DNA of 64,000 bases. Origin: Nitrospirota bacterium (GTDB taxonomy: Bacteria; Nitrospirota; UBA9217). A program made the position numbers and the translations under genes. Under the pieces are notes generated by a model, which did no database searches, was not told where the DNA came from, and saw nothing but the letters and a program-made list of their open reading frames with translations. The first letter of the stretch is position 1. The number at the start of each line of letters is the position of its first letter. The stretch is taken from positions 64,001 through 128,000 of the forward strand of contig CAWJQQ010000003.1 of the NCBI GenBank assembly GCA_963845065.1. Reading direction: 5' to 3'. Of this stretch, positions 18,730-28,649 are shown one piece after another.

Positions 18730-19211
18730 TTATTGTTTCGGTTTGATTGGTATCCATATTTCCTCTTCTGAATTTGGGTCTTCATATTTAAATTTGTCTC
18801 CTAATATTTCAAAATGTGGTCTATTGTCCAAAGAGTATTCAGAATTTGGTAACCAAATCCCGAAAATATATTGAATGATTCAGGACCCGTGCTTGCATCT
18901 TCTTTATTTAAAAAAACGGCATAAAGTCCTCCTGATAATGTAATGGTTTCCATTTCACTAGGAACTGTATTAAAGTCCTTCACTTCAATAGTGGCCCATT
19001 TTCCAAATTCTGTGCTTGGGTTAAAATTGATAAAATATAAATCATCATATACTTGCAATGAATAAAGTTCTATGCCAATGTTGTTTTTAATTTCTTTTCG
19101 TCTGGGCATAAAGTTTCGCAATAGTTCATTTGTTTTATTGTCGGACAAAGATATTATTATTCGTTTCCCAATTAGTTTTATTTTGGTTATTGTTCCTATT
19201 TTCGGTTTCAT
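18730..19211 (-). pseudogene. GyrI-like effector-binding protein (one frameshift), AT-rich
   Basis: FMPRRKEIKN...GGLYAVF (frameshift) YIFGIWLPNSEYSLDNRPHFEILG...EEEIWIPIKPKQ*. Confidence 0.8.
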
Positions 19212-19323
19212 AACGAAAATCGGAAAATTCAAGCTATATGCAACTTTCACACATGATTCAGGTTAAAATCTTGTTAACGTCGGGACAGGAGATGAAAAAT
19301 TTCAAAGAAAGAATAAGATTTAC

Positions 19324-20208
19324 TTATGAAGCGGGCTTTCTCGGCAGACCGATACTACGAATAACGAGCCGGTCTAGCATCCAGTCAGGCAGGACTTTCT
19401 TAAGAAACGCGCGAAGATGCGCTTCGCGTCCCACCAGATATCGGGTTTTGGGTTTCTTTGCAGTCAGAGCATGCTCGACAGCACGAACGACAATGTCGGG
19501 CTTGATACCTGCTTGGGAGTTCTTCTCCACAGCGGACCGGAAAACTGTTATTGCGGGACCGTAAAGTTGGATTGCCTGCTGCGGAAAGTTTTGCGTCGTT
19601 TTTCTAGCGGCATTACCGGATTTTTCCCAGATCGGTGTCTTCACTGCACCGGGCTCGATGATCGAGACCTTGATCCCCCAATGCATAAGTTCAATGCGGA
19701 GGGAGTCTGTAATCGCTTCAAGAGCGAATTTTGAAGCACTGTAAGGTCCGATGAAAGGCACGGCCATTCTGCCGGCGATCGATCCCATATTCACAATACG
19801 ACCTTTGAATTTGCGGAGAAGGGGCAAGAATGCCTGAATGACCGCGATCTGGCCAAGGACGTTTACCTCAAACTGCTTCCGTATTTCCGATACGGGAAGG
19901 AACTCCAGGGGACCGCCAACCGCGATGCCTGCATTATTCACCAGTCCGGAAAGCCCCGCATCTCCGACTGCTTTAGCCACATGGCTCACTGCTGCAACAA
20001 GAGCAGTTTCATCGGTCACATCCATAAGCACGGGGGTTATCCTTTCTGCGGACTCGTGCTTCAACGATTCTCCATCTTGCATCTTTCTCACCCCTGCAAA
20101 AACACGGAACCCAAGCCTATCCAAATGGAGAGCACAGGCCCTACCGATACCTGTAGAAGTCCCCGTTACCACTACCGCTCCTCTTACAAATCCCCGTTTG
20201 TCAGTCAT
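19324..20208 (-). CDS. SDR family oxidoreductase
   Basis: TGTSTGIG, LVNNAG and YSASK motifs; RBS AGGAGG. Confidence 0.93.
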   Translation of the reverse strand: MTDKRGFVRGAVVVTGTSTGIGRACALHLDRLGFRVFAGVRKMQDGESLKHESAERITPVLMDVTDETALVAAVSHVAKAVGDAGLSGLVNNAGIAVGGPLEFLPVSEIRKQFEVNVLGQIAVIQAFLPLLRKFKGRIVNMGSIAGRMAVPFIGPYSASKFALEAITDSLRIELMHWGIKVSIIEPGAVKTPIWEKSGNAARKTTQNFPQQAIQLYGPAITVFRSAVEKNSQAGIKPDIVVRAVEHALTAKKPKTRYLVGREAHLRAFLKKVLPDWMLDRLVIRSIGLPRKPAS

Positions 20209-20549
20209 GATTATTTCCTCCTATTTTAACGCCCGAAGCTTTCGCCAAGTCAAACATCTGCGGCTAGGAAAAGGAGAACATTCGGTGTAACTGAGCGTGC
20301 TTTATGGCCATTGGACAAACTTGTTGGAATGAATATACCTGAGCCATCGCCGTAGTGCACGATTTAACCATGGAAGTCAATTTCTAATTCGCGCTGGAAT
20401 ACGAAACCGATGTGCTCCCTTTCGCATCATTGAGGCTCAGCAACCTTATATATGAATTCGACAAGACGTATCTGCTTTAGTCCGTCGTCGAACACTTTCA
20501 AGCTAGAGCAGGGCATTGCGGCTTGCCAATGCAAAGAATCAAATATTAC

Positions 20550-20725
20550 TTTGTATGGTTCCACGGTTCAGTCCTTTGACGCCCAATCGCAGTAGTTAAG
20601 CCGTAGTAACCCCGTAGGGGCGTATTGCTCCTGAACTCTTCGTTTACCCGACGTGCAGGCTCTGCCCACTGGTTGTGAAGGGTTAGGCACGCACCACTCC
20701 GTACGCGGTTCTCCCAGCGATTTGT
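20550..20725 (-). ncRNA. Orphan structured non-coding segment, possibly a retron-type ncRNA
   Basis: GC-rich island in AT-rich DNA with hairpins (e.g. ACGCCC/GGGCGT). Motif GTGCGTGCCTAACCC is recalled from retron Ec67-type loci. No RT gene nearby. Confidence 0.3.
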
Positions 20726-21242
20726 GTAGCTGCTTAATTCTATCAATTATTGAGTAGCTCTCCCGATAACATTCAGATTAGTAATGTTATCGCTTTTATC
20801 ACTGAATATGTCACACCATCACCGTTTCTTACACGAATATATGCCTGATTCAATTAGAAGTCAACGATGACGAGCGGGGGTGTCAATTGGTAGTCGATGT
20901 TAACAAATTCACCTAACTTTACGAGTATGGAAAAATGGAAACACTAACATTTGTGAGAAGGATACTTAAAACTCAACTTATTCAAATTGCTCATATGGTT
21001 TGTTTGACAAGCTGTTTATTCCTCTGTTAATAGTCTTCTCCTAATGCGGTTCTCATAGAGGTAATGCAGATTGTATTACAGTCAAGCAGACAACATATTC
21101 AAAATGTACATCGCACTACAAATTAGAATCGATATTCTTCATCACAATGAAATTAACCTGAATCCTGCGCCATTTAACTAAATATAATGCTACGATCTTT
21201 ATAATAACCCTATATTTATGCGGCTCGATAGTACAATGCACT

Positions 21243-21345
21243 TGAGGTAGGATGAGAAAAATGGACACCAAAGTCGTGTTAAACTACAATGACGGAGGTA
21301 TCAGGATGAAGGGAATTCCGCAGGGAAGTTACACGAAGGAGTTTT
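21243..21345 (+). mobile_element. IS3-family left-end fragment
   Basis: TGAGGTAGGATGAGAAAAATGGACACC end, RBS GGAGG, ATG 21306 MKGIPQGSYTKEF, then truncated. Confidence 0.55.
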
Positions 21346-21371
21346 TGAGACAGGCCGGGTCAAACATATCT

Positions 21372-23060
21372 TGTTTTGGCTCAGCGTGAACTGGACTTTT
21401 AGCCGATTTGAGTTACACTACTCGAACGGAGGAAAAGTCCATGAAGAAAAAGAAACGCCACAACTACACGCCCGAAGAAAAGGTCCTGATTCTCAAACGT
21501 CATTTGACCGAAGGAGTCGCCGTTTCCGCCTTGTGCGACGAGTACCATCTCCAGCCCAAGGTTTTCTACGATTGGCAGAAGCAGTTGTTTGAGAACGCCG
21601 CGACAGCATTCATCCGAGGCACACAGGGCTCCAGCCGAAAAGATCAAAAGCGCATCCAGCAGCTTGAAGAGAAGCTTCAAAAAAAGAATGAAGTAGTGTC
21701 CGAGCTGATGGAGGAGCATGTAAAGTTAAAAAAAGAACTTGGGGAGCTTTAACCGGCGTCTGGGTTCCCCATGACACAAGAGACGCCATCGTTGACTTTG
21801 TCCAGAAATGGAGCGATAAGACTAAAATCCCGATTACGCATTACATCGGCTGGCTAGCTGTCCGCAAGAGCAAATTCTACACCTGGATCAAACGATACGG
21901 CAAGGTCAACGAACATAATGCCCCCATCCCTCGTGATTTCTGGCTTGAGGAATGGGAACGGGAAGCCATCATTCAGTTCTGTGTGGATAACCCTCTGGAG
22001 GGCTACCGGCGTCTCACGTTCATGATGCTCGACCGGAACGTCGTTGCTGTCAGCCCAGCCAGCGTATGGCGTATTCTTTCAAAAGCGGGGCTTTTAGAGA
22101 GGTGGAACAAAAAGATCAGCAAGAAGGGCACCGGCTTTGTCCAGCCGCTTCTGCCTCACGAACACTGGCACGTAGACGTTTCGTACATCAACATTTGCGG
22201 CACATTTTACTACCTGTGCAGCTTTCTCGACGGATGCAGTCGTTTTATCGTCCACTGGGAGATCCGGGAGAAGATGGAGGAGACGGATATCGAGATCATT
22301 CTTCAAAAGGCAAAGGAGAAGTTTCCAGAAGCGCGCCCCCGCATCATATCGGACAACGGACCACAGTTCCTTGCTAAGGACTTTAAAGAGTTCATTCGAC
22401 TGTCCGGCATGACGCATGTCCGGACATCACCCTTTTATCCGCAGTCAAACGGAAAACTGGAACGGTTCCATAAAACGCTCAAAGGAGAATGCATCCGCCC
22501 GAAGACGCCGCTTTCACTTGACGAAGCCAGGAGACTTGTGGCAGAGTACATCGAGCACTACAATACCGTCCGGCTCCACAGTGCCATCGGCTACATCGCC
22601 CCAGTAGACAAACTGAACGGCAGGGACAAGGATATTTTCAAAGAACGGGATCAGAAGCTTGAAGCCGCCCGGGAACAACGCAGAATCAAGAGGCAGCAAG
22701 CACATCAGAAAACAGTCAGTTCCAGAGAAGATGGCAAATCACTGATTCAAGCGGTCCAACCCGAATGCAGTCAAACACACCATGACTACTGCCGGGACAT
22801 CAACATCATGGTTTGAGGGAGGTATCTGAGTATGAACAGCCTCAAGAAAATCGATCCTGGGGCATTTATGAAAAGAAAAATCCAACCCTCAAGGATAAAA
22901 GCCCCCTCAAACCAAAAAACAGGATCAGAAGTTTGAAGCTGCCCTGGGAAACGTCCACTCAACAGGCAGGAGACAAACCAGAAAGCAACCAATTATGAAG
23001 AAGAAGGTAATTTACAAAACTCAAGCGGCCTAGCAGTCCATTTCCGACTGAGGCAAAACA
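21372..23060 (+). mobile_element. Complete IS3-family element (1689 bp)
   Basis: Imperfect 25-bp IRs TGTTTTGGCTCAGCGTGAACTGGAC / GTCCATTTCCGACTGAGGCAAAACA; 4-bp TSD ATCT at 21368-21371 and 23061-23064. Confidence 0.9.
21441..22816 (+). CDS. IS3 transposase OrfAB via -1 frameshift (orfA 21441-21752; orfB to 22816)
   Basis: OrfA HTH/leucine zipper; A7G slippery site at 21728-21735 followed by a GGGGAGC..GTTCCCC stem; OrfB WHVD, SDNGPQF, PQSNGKLERF. Confidence 0.88.
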
Positions 23061-23999
23061 ATCTTTCTTCTTTATCAATGTCCAGGCAACGATCAGGAGT
23101 TTCGAGGCAAGCTTCACTTGCTTTTTGATGCCAATTCATTTCTACTAACTTCGATCTTTAAGCTTATTGGTGTAATAGGTAATGAAATTTGTGTCTCTGT
23201 TGGAGGCAATAAACGCCGTCTGATATTGGGCATTTCGAAGGTCAACCTTGCCCATCTTGGAGATAACCGGCACTGCATTTTATGCTATTTTACCACTTCG
23301 ATCAGCGCACAAATCATAGCCAACCATCTTCAGAACCTGCTTGCCGCAGGAAAACCGGAACGGATTGCCGATCGCACTCAAAACGGTGGGCGATACCTCC
23401 GGACCAAAGCCAGGAATGCTCAATAGGTAGGGATATTCGGGAAACGGTAAGCAGAGGTCTTCAAAGTTCAAAGTCTTGATCGTTTCCCACATGATGGATA
23501 CTCAAGACCATCGTCTCCGCTTCGAATAGAACTGTTTCTCCCGCATGGTAACCGATAGACTGGTGGGCTAATTGCCAGATCTGCTGGAGCAGACGCTATT
23601 GTCTAAAGTTCACCCTCCCCGCCAAAGACCAACTTTGAAAGACCATATTGCGCCATGAGAGCTGCTACCTGCGCAATCAGCTTGCGAAAACTTTCCAACG
23701 TATTGTCAAAGAACATTCCTCTGTACAATGAAGTGCCGATAGCCGCGCCGAAGAATGCGTTGTGCTTCTCCTTGGCGATATCCAGACCGACAATCAAATA
23801 CTCGGTAGAACCGCGAATCTCTTTCTTCAGTTGATGAAATTGCTCAAGTCTGATATTATTAAAGCAGTTCCTAGAAGCCTCCTATCTCTTGAATTTAGTT
23901 CCTCTATAAACGAATTCATAACAGGAGGTTTCTATTTTGGGTAGATTGAAAGTGCACTATCCCTTATGATTAAATGGGAAAGATTAACCTCATGCTCTA

Positions 24000-24087
24000 C
24001 CATATATAACCATATAACCGGAGGAAAACCCCTGTCTTGTTTCTCTGTTTCTCTAACCTGACTGTCCAAACAAAGGGGTGCAATTCA
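24000..24087 (+). mobile_element. Isolated IS3/IS481-like right end
   Basis: CTGTCCAAACAAAGGGGTGCAATTCA terminus truncating the next gene. Confidence 0.4.
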
Positions 24088-24089
24088 CA

Positions 24090-24328
24090 GCAGCCTGATC
24101 CCGATGATCGATGAACTAGTGGCATGGTTCGAGCAGGAATTCAGTGTCCGGCACATCCTGGAGGATGTCGGAGCAATTGATCCCGGTATTGATACCCGCA
24201 ACCGCACGACGCGGTGTTCCAAGATTGTGATGGCGACTTTTGAAAAGGCGATGGAAATACTGACGGCTTATGATGTCGATTTTCAGCAGGCTAAAGTAAC
24301 CACTAAGGACTTTGTTGGGCACAGTTAA
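24090..24328 (+). pseudogene. C-terminal fragment of a C-GCAxxG-C-C family protein
   Basis: MIDELVAWFEQEF...NRTTRCSKIV..TFEK; context upstream of xdhC/mocA. Confidence 0.45.
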
Positions 24329-24441
24329 AACCAGATACGAGATTCATGATTTTGGTTTAAAATACAAACAATGCTCATCAGTGTGTTATACGAAGCTGAA
24401 CTGAGGTTTGATATTGTTAGCTGTGTGAAAGGCGATTATCG

Positions 24442-25509
24442 ATGAAAAGACTGTATCGTGAAATGGCGGATCGCCTGCGCAAGGGAGAGAGCTTCGTGAC
24501 TGCAACAATTTTTGATAAGACCGGATCGACCCCGCGGTCCAACGGTTCAAAAATGGTCGTTCGCAGCGACGGATCAACCGCCGGATCGGTCGGCGGTGGA
24601 CGCCTTGAAGCCGAAGCTCTGCAGCTTGCGGCGGGCATCTTTCAGAGCAAACAATCTCTGATCCAGTCCTTTGACCTTTCCGGTGAGGATGCCGCGGGAA
24701 TGGCGATGATCTGCGGCGGGCAGGGTGAGATCCTGCTAGACTATATCGACGGAAAAGATGAAACAAACTGGGTTCTGTACGATGAAGTTGCGGCGATTCT
24801 CCAGCGAGGGAACAAGGTCTGGTTGATTACCGTGCTTGGCGATCCGAAACAAAAGAACCTACCCGCACGGCAGCAGTGTCTGGTCAGGCATGACGGAACA
24901 ATGATCGGTAAGATCGATGGCGATCCAGGATTTCTTGCGAAGCTTCTGTTAGGACCGGGGAGAATATCCATCCACGCGGAGGTGCGCGAGAACCGGCGCT
25001 TCCTTGTCGAACCTATTCGTCATGGGGGAACGGTCTATATCTTTGGTGCCGGCCATGTATCCCAGAAGATAGCGCCTTTGGCTGAGATTGTCGGATTCAA
25101 AACCGTGGTACTGGATGACCGCAGAGAATACGCGAATCGGGCGAGGTTCGCCGAACCTACGGAAGTCATACTGCTTGAATCGTTTGACCGATTGCCCGAC
25201 TTGGGTATCGACGAGAACAGCTATCTCGTGATAGTGACGAGGGGCCATCTGCATGACAAGGTGGTGCTGGCGCAGGCCCTGAGATCGAAGGCAGGGTATA
25301 TCGGCATGATCGGGAGCCACCGGAAGCGGGACAAGATTTATGAGGTCCTGCTAAAGGAGGGGTTTATCAAGCGCGATTTCGATCTCGTCTATTCGCCTAT
25401 CGGCACCGATATCGGGGCGGAAACGCCCGAGGAACTTGGCGTGAGCATCGTCGGCGAGCTTATCAAGGTGCGTGCGGAGCGGGAACAATGGGGAAGGGGG
25501 GGGAAATAG
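24442..25509 (+). CDS. xdhC: XdhC/CoxI-family Mo-hydroxylase maturation factor
   Basis: GSTPR, GSVGGG, MICGG, FGAGHV, IVTRGH, YIGMIGS, PIG.DIGAETPEE. Confidence 0.9.
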   Translation: MKRLYREMADRLRKGESFVTATIFDKTGSTPRSNGSKMVVRSDGSTAGSVGGGRLEAEALQLAAGIFQSKQSLIQSFDLSGEDAAGMAMICGGQGEILLDYIDGKDETNWVLYDEVAAILQRGNKVWLITVLGDPKQKNLPARQQCLVRHDGTMIGKIDGDPGFLAKLLLGPGRISIHAEVRENRRFLVEPIRHGGTVYIFGAGHVSQKIAPLAEIVGFKTVVLDDRREYANRARFAEPTEVILLESFDRLPDLGIDENSYLVIVTRGHLHDKVVLAQALRSKAGYIGMIGSHRKRDKIYEVLLKEGFIKRDFDLVYSPIGTDIGAETPEELGVSIVGELIKVRAEREQWGRGGK

Positions 25510-25960
25510 CGGCTCGCGTATTGGCCGCAAGTTACTCGTCCCGGGGCGCCCAGTTTCAAGCCGCTGTTCTCATTGGGCGATGATACGTTGATCGAAACAG
25601 TTATCAATATCTTTTACGCGGTAGACATCGACGATGTTGTAGTCGTGCTCAGACAACATGCGGTGGAATTGGCCCCGATGCTGGGCCATCTTCGTGTGCG
25701 CCTTGTTCAGAACGATCGCTATCAGGAAGAGATATTATCATTCGTTATTGGGGGCGAAAAGTCCTTTAGTCGGGGACCGGACGTCTTTTTCCTCCTCCCC
25801 GCGGATATGTCGCTCGTACGGTGCCGCACGATATAGACGCTTACGCAAGGCCTATTTGCGAGCTTCGGGGGACGTGATCTATCCCGTGTTTCAGCAAAGC
25901 AGAGGCCATCTCACGATCATCTCAGCCCGCTACAGCTCGGCCATTCTAATCTAGGAAGGT
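25488..25960 (+). pseudogene. Molybdenum cofactor cytidylyltransferase (MocA-like), degraded
   Basis: LAAS.SSR...FKPL..LG...LLPADM.LVR...IYPVF..RGH with frameshifts and stops. Confidence 0.7.
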
Positions 25961-25982
25961 TGAGAACTGTTGAATAATTAAT

Positions 25983-27507
25983 CACTGCTGTCCAAAATAG
26001 CCTTAGATCAAACAGCCTTCCCGCTATAGATGCGGGTTTTAGACGAGTAAATATGCACTTTCAAAATCAGGTTCCCTTTAAGACTCTCCCATATAACCCG
26101 ATATGCTGTCCAAATCAAGCGAAGTCAACTTGAAGCTTCTCGTGCACGTCTGATTTCGGTAATATATCAAACGGTTTTTCCAACCAGACCCACAAATCGC
26201 GATGGGTAAAGAGATTCATGCGTAACAACGCAACCAAATTGGAGAGAGACCAGTCAAATTTGGATCGTAATTGTAGAAAGCGCAGAACAAGGATTGCAAT
26301 GAGTGCTGTCCAAATCTGAATTTTTACCGCATTGGCGCTGGTCCCTACAAAGGTCTTAATCTTCAGGTTTTGTTTGAGCGCCTTGAAAAACAGTTCAATC
26401 TTCCAGCGATCCTTATAGATGGCGTAGATTGTTGAAGAGCCCAACGTCAAGTGATTCGTCAGAAACACAAAAATCTGATTTTTCTCCAGATCATGCATTT
26501 CAATGCGACGAAGCAGAGAGGGACACTTTTCAACAGCCTTGAGCCCCGTCAAACGGATTATTTCGTCTTTGAGGATACGCCTGCTCTCTGGAACTTTCCG
26601 ACTCTCTACAGCCTTATAGACTGCATTATCCTTCATGCGCGTCACAAAGAAAACACCCAAACCGGTTCATTTCTCAAATAGTTCATAATTACTGTAGCCT
26701 CGATCGTCCACTACAATCGTGCCGGAATCAAACTCCAGCAGATGAGCCACCCTTACGTCGGAAACTTTCCCATCGGTATGACCGCATAGGAAGGAAGATA
26801 ACCGTCATGGTCCAATACGAGATGGAGCTTTACTGCGCCCTTCTTGCGCTGGAACTTCGCCCAGTCATACATCGACAAACACAAATCGATCGTCGAGGAA
26901 TCAAGGCTCATCAGCTTATTTTTGAACCGAAACTTCTTTTTCCCGAGTTTCTGGTCACGACACCTCTGCAACAAAGAAAAGAAGACTTGCTGATACAGCA
27001 CCCAGGGCCGATGCTCCATTGGCATAGGCAAGCGTGGAATGGCTCGGCGCCGTTATCCCCAAAAATGTTTCAACTTGCCTTCACAACTCCGCAGTCCACC
27101 GGTAATCTCTCGTAACGAGTGCGCTCTCCTTAACTGGCAAAGCAACATGAATACGAATTGTCCCCAACATGTAAATCCCTTTGCTCTCCGCTCTGCCTTC
27201 GTTTCCTTCACAGCTTTTTCAAAGTCTATGCGTCTAAAAAGAAATAGAATTTAACTAAAGATACTGGTAAAATTACTCATGTTTTCCTCCGGTCTGGGTT
27301 TTATTTTTGCTCGCAACGACTATATTATAAAACCTGTCCTTGAATACCCAGCAGTTCTACTGCTGGGATGAAAAGGACAATCCTGACGAAGTCAGGATAA
27401 GAATCTGATTGGTTTTAGGTTCTATCGGTTTTGATACCCCGCAGCTCTGCTGCGGGATAATTCACTCAGACCGGATTTTTTTTCAAAACCTATTTTGGAC
27501 AAGAGTG
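25983..27507 (-). mobile_element. IS4-family element (DUF4372-type transposase pseudogene 27280-26115)
   Basis: IRs CACTGCTGTCCAAAATAG / CTATTTTGGACAAGAGTG; SLDSSTIDLCL, VKLH, VDDRGY, IYKDRWKIELFFKALKQNL; stops and frameshifts. Confidence 0.85.
27341..27464. mobile_element. 124-bp non-autonomous hairpin-ended element (IS200/IS605-like MITE/PATE) inside the IS4 left end
   Basis: TGAAT...ATTCA ends; hairpins CCCAGCAG-TTCTA-CTGCTGGG and CCCGCAG-CTCTG-CTGCGGG; left part repeated at 47641-47678. Confidence 0.65.
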
Positions 27508-27528
27508 ATGGTTTTAGGAACGGTGAGC

Positions 27529-28347
27529 ATGAACAAGAAGAAATTTACATGGTGGTATCTTCGTGCGTGCGGGTGCTTAGTCGCATCATGCATTGTTATC
27601 ATATTCTGCTATCCGGGTGTGCTGCGAGCACAAGATTCATCTGCTTTCGTGAAGTCTCTTGCCTCGACCAGTCTGACAATAACCGACTTATCTTCAAAAT
27701 GTCTTGAGTGTCATAAATACTCGGAAAATCATCATCCTTTCGGTATTGTCCCTGCTCATCCTGCCAACTACCCTTTCCCGCTCTATAGCGGGAAAATCAC
27801 GTGTTTGACCTGCCACGTCGAAGACCATTTAGGGAGCGTAAATCTCTTACGAGAAGGTCCGTATATCGACCGGCGGGAGTTCTGCTTTAAGTGTCATGCT
27901 AAGGGAAGAGATGCGAAGATCGATCCTCACATCATGCTGGATGGCCGTGGCAGCGTCCGCAGCGTGGATGGACAACCGGTTTGTCTCTTCTGCCATTCGG
28001 TAAAGCCGAATCAGGCAGCAGACCGGACTGAAAATGTTCTGTTCAGAGCGGATGTCGCCTTTCTTTGCTGGCGCTGTCATCCTCCAATGACAAATTCAAT
28101 TTATTTCGAAGATCATTTCCTGATAACGCCATCAATGGAGATGAAAAGGTTCATGGAAAAACAGGAACAGCGGTTACAAGTGACCGTCCCCCTTGTGCCC
28201 AGAGACCGTATTACGTGCTCAACGTGCCACAATCCTCATCAAAAGGGCGTAATTCTCTATGGTCCTTCCTCCAGCGGGGTCGACGCGCCGCACAGGCTAC
28301 GACTGCCGGTGGATAAAATCTGTATTATCTGCCACAATATTATGTAA
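27529..28347 (+). CDS. Exported multiheme c-type cytochrome (7 CxxCH)
   Basis: Signal/anchor peptide; CLECH, CLTCH, CFKCH, CLFCH, CWRCH, CSTCH, CIICH. Confidence 0.9.
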   Translation: MNKKKFTWWYLRACGCLVASCIVIIFCYPGVLRAQDSSAFVKSLASTSLTITDLSSKCLECHKYSENHHPFGIVPAHPANYPFPLYSGKITCLTCHVEDHLGSVNLLREGPYIDRREFCFKCHAKGRDAKIDPHIMLDGRGSVRSVDGQPVCLFCHSVKPNQAADRTENVLFRADVAFLCWRCHPPMTNSIYFEDHFLITPSMEMKRFMEKQEQRLQVTVPLVPRDRITCSTCHNPHQKGVILYGPSSSGVDAPHRLRLPVDKICIICHNIM

Positions 28348-28649
28348 GATGTCCATTTTGTATTTGGAGCGCACGCCGACGGCAGCGTCACGATAAACGA
28401 TAGTTGCAATATATTTATATATATCGTAAGACTGCATGAAGCTTTTAACCATAGGGGGTTTTGGATTACGTGCTGGTGACCACTTACCGCTTTCAATATG
28501 GGCATATCCTGCCCCAAGATCTTGACCGGCGCACCCTACATTACCAAATCATCCGCAGAAAGCCTCTGGTTTTTAACCATGCGGATGAACGCGGGAACTT
28601 AACTTCCCGACAATTGATAGACAAATGTTCATCTAAATGGTATATTTAA

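Larger units (their letters stand above)
21345..23900 (-). pseudogene. Degraded IS110 transposase, interrupted near its 3' end by IS3
   Basis: IVGLDIAKEKH (N-terminus), LLSIPGFG...GYDLCADRSGK, ISKMGK..LR, and WTLIKKKD|MFDPACL rejoined across the IS3 TSD. Confidence 0.75.
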
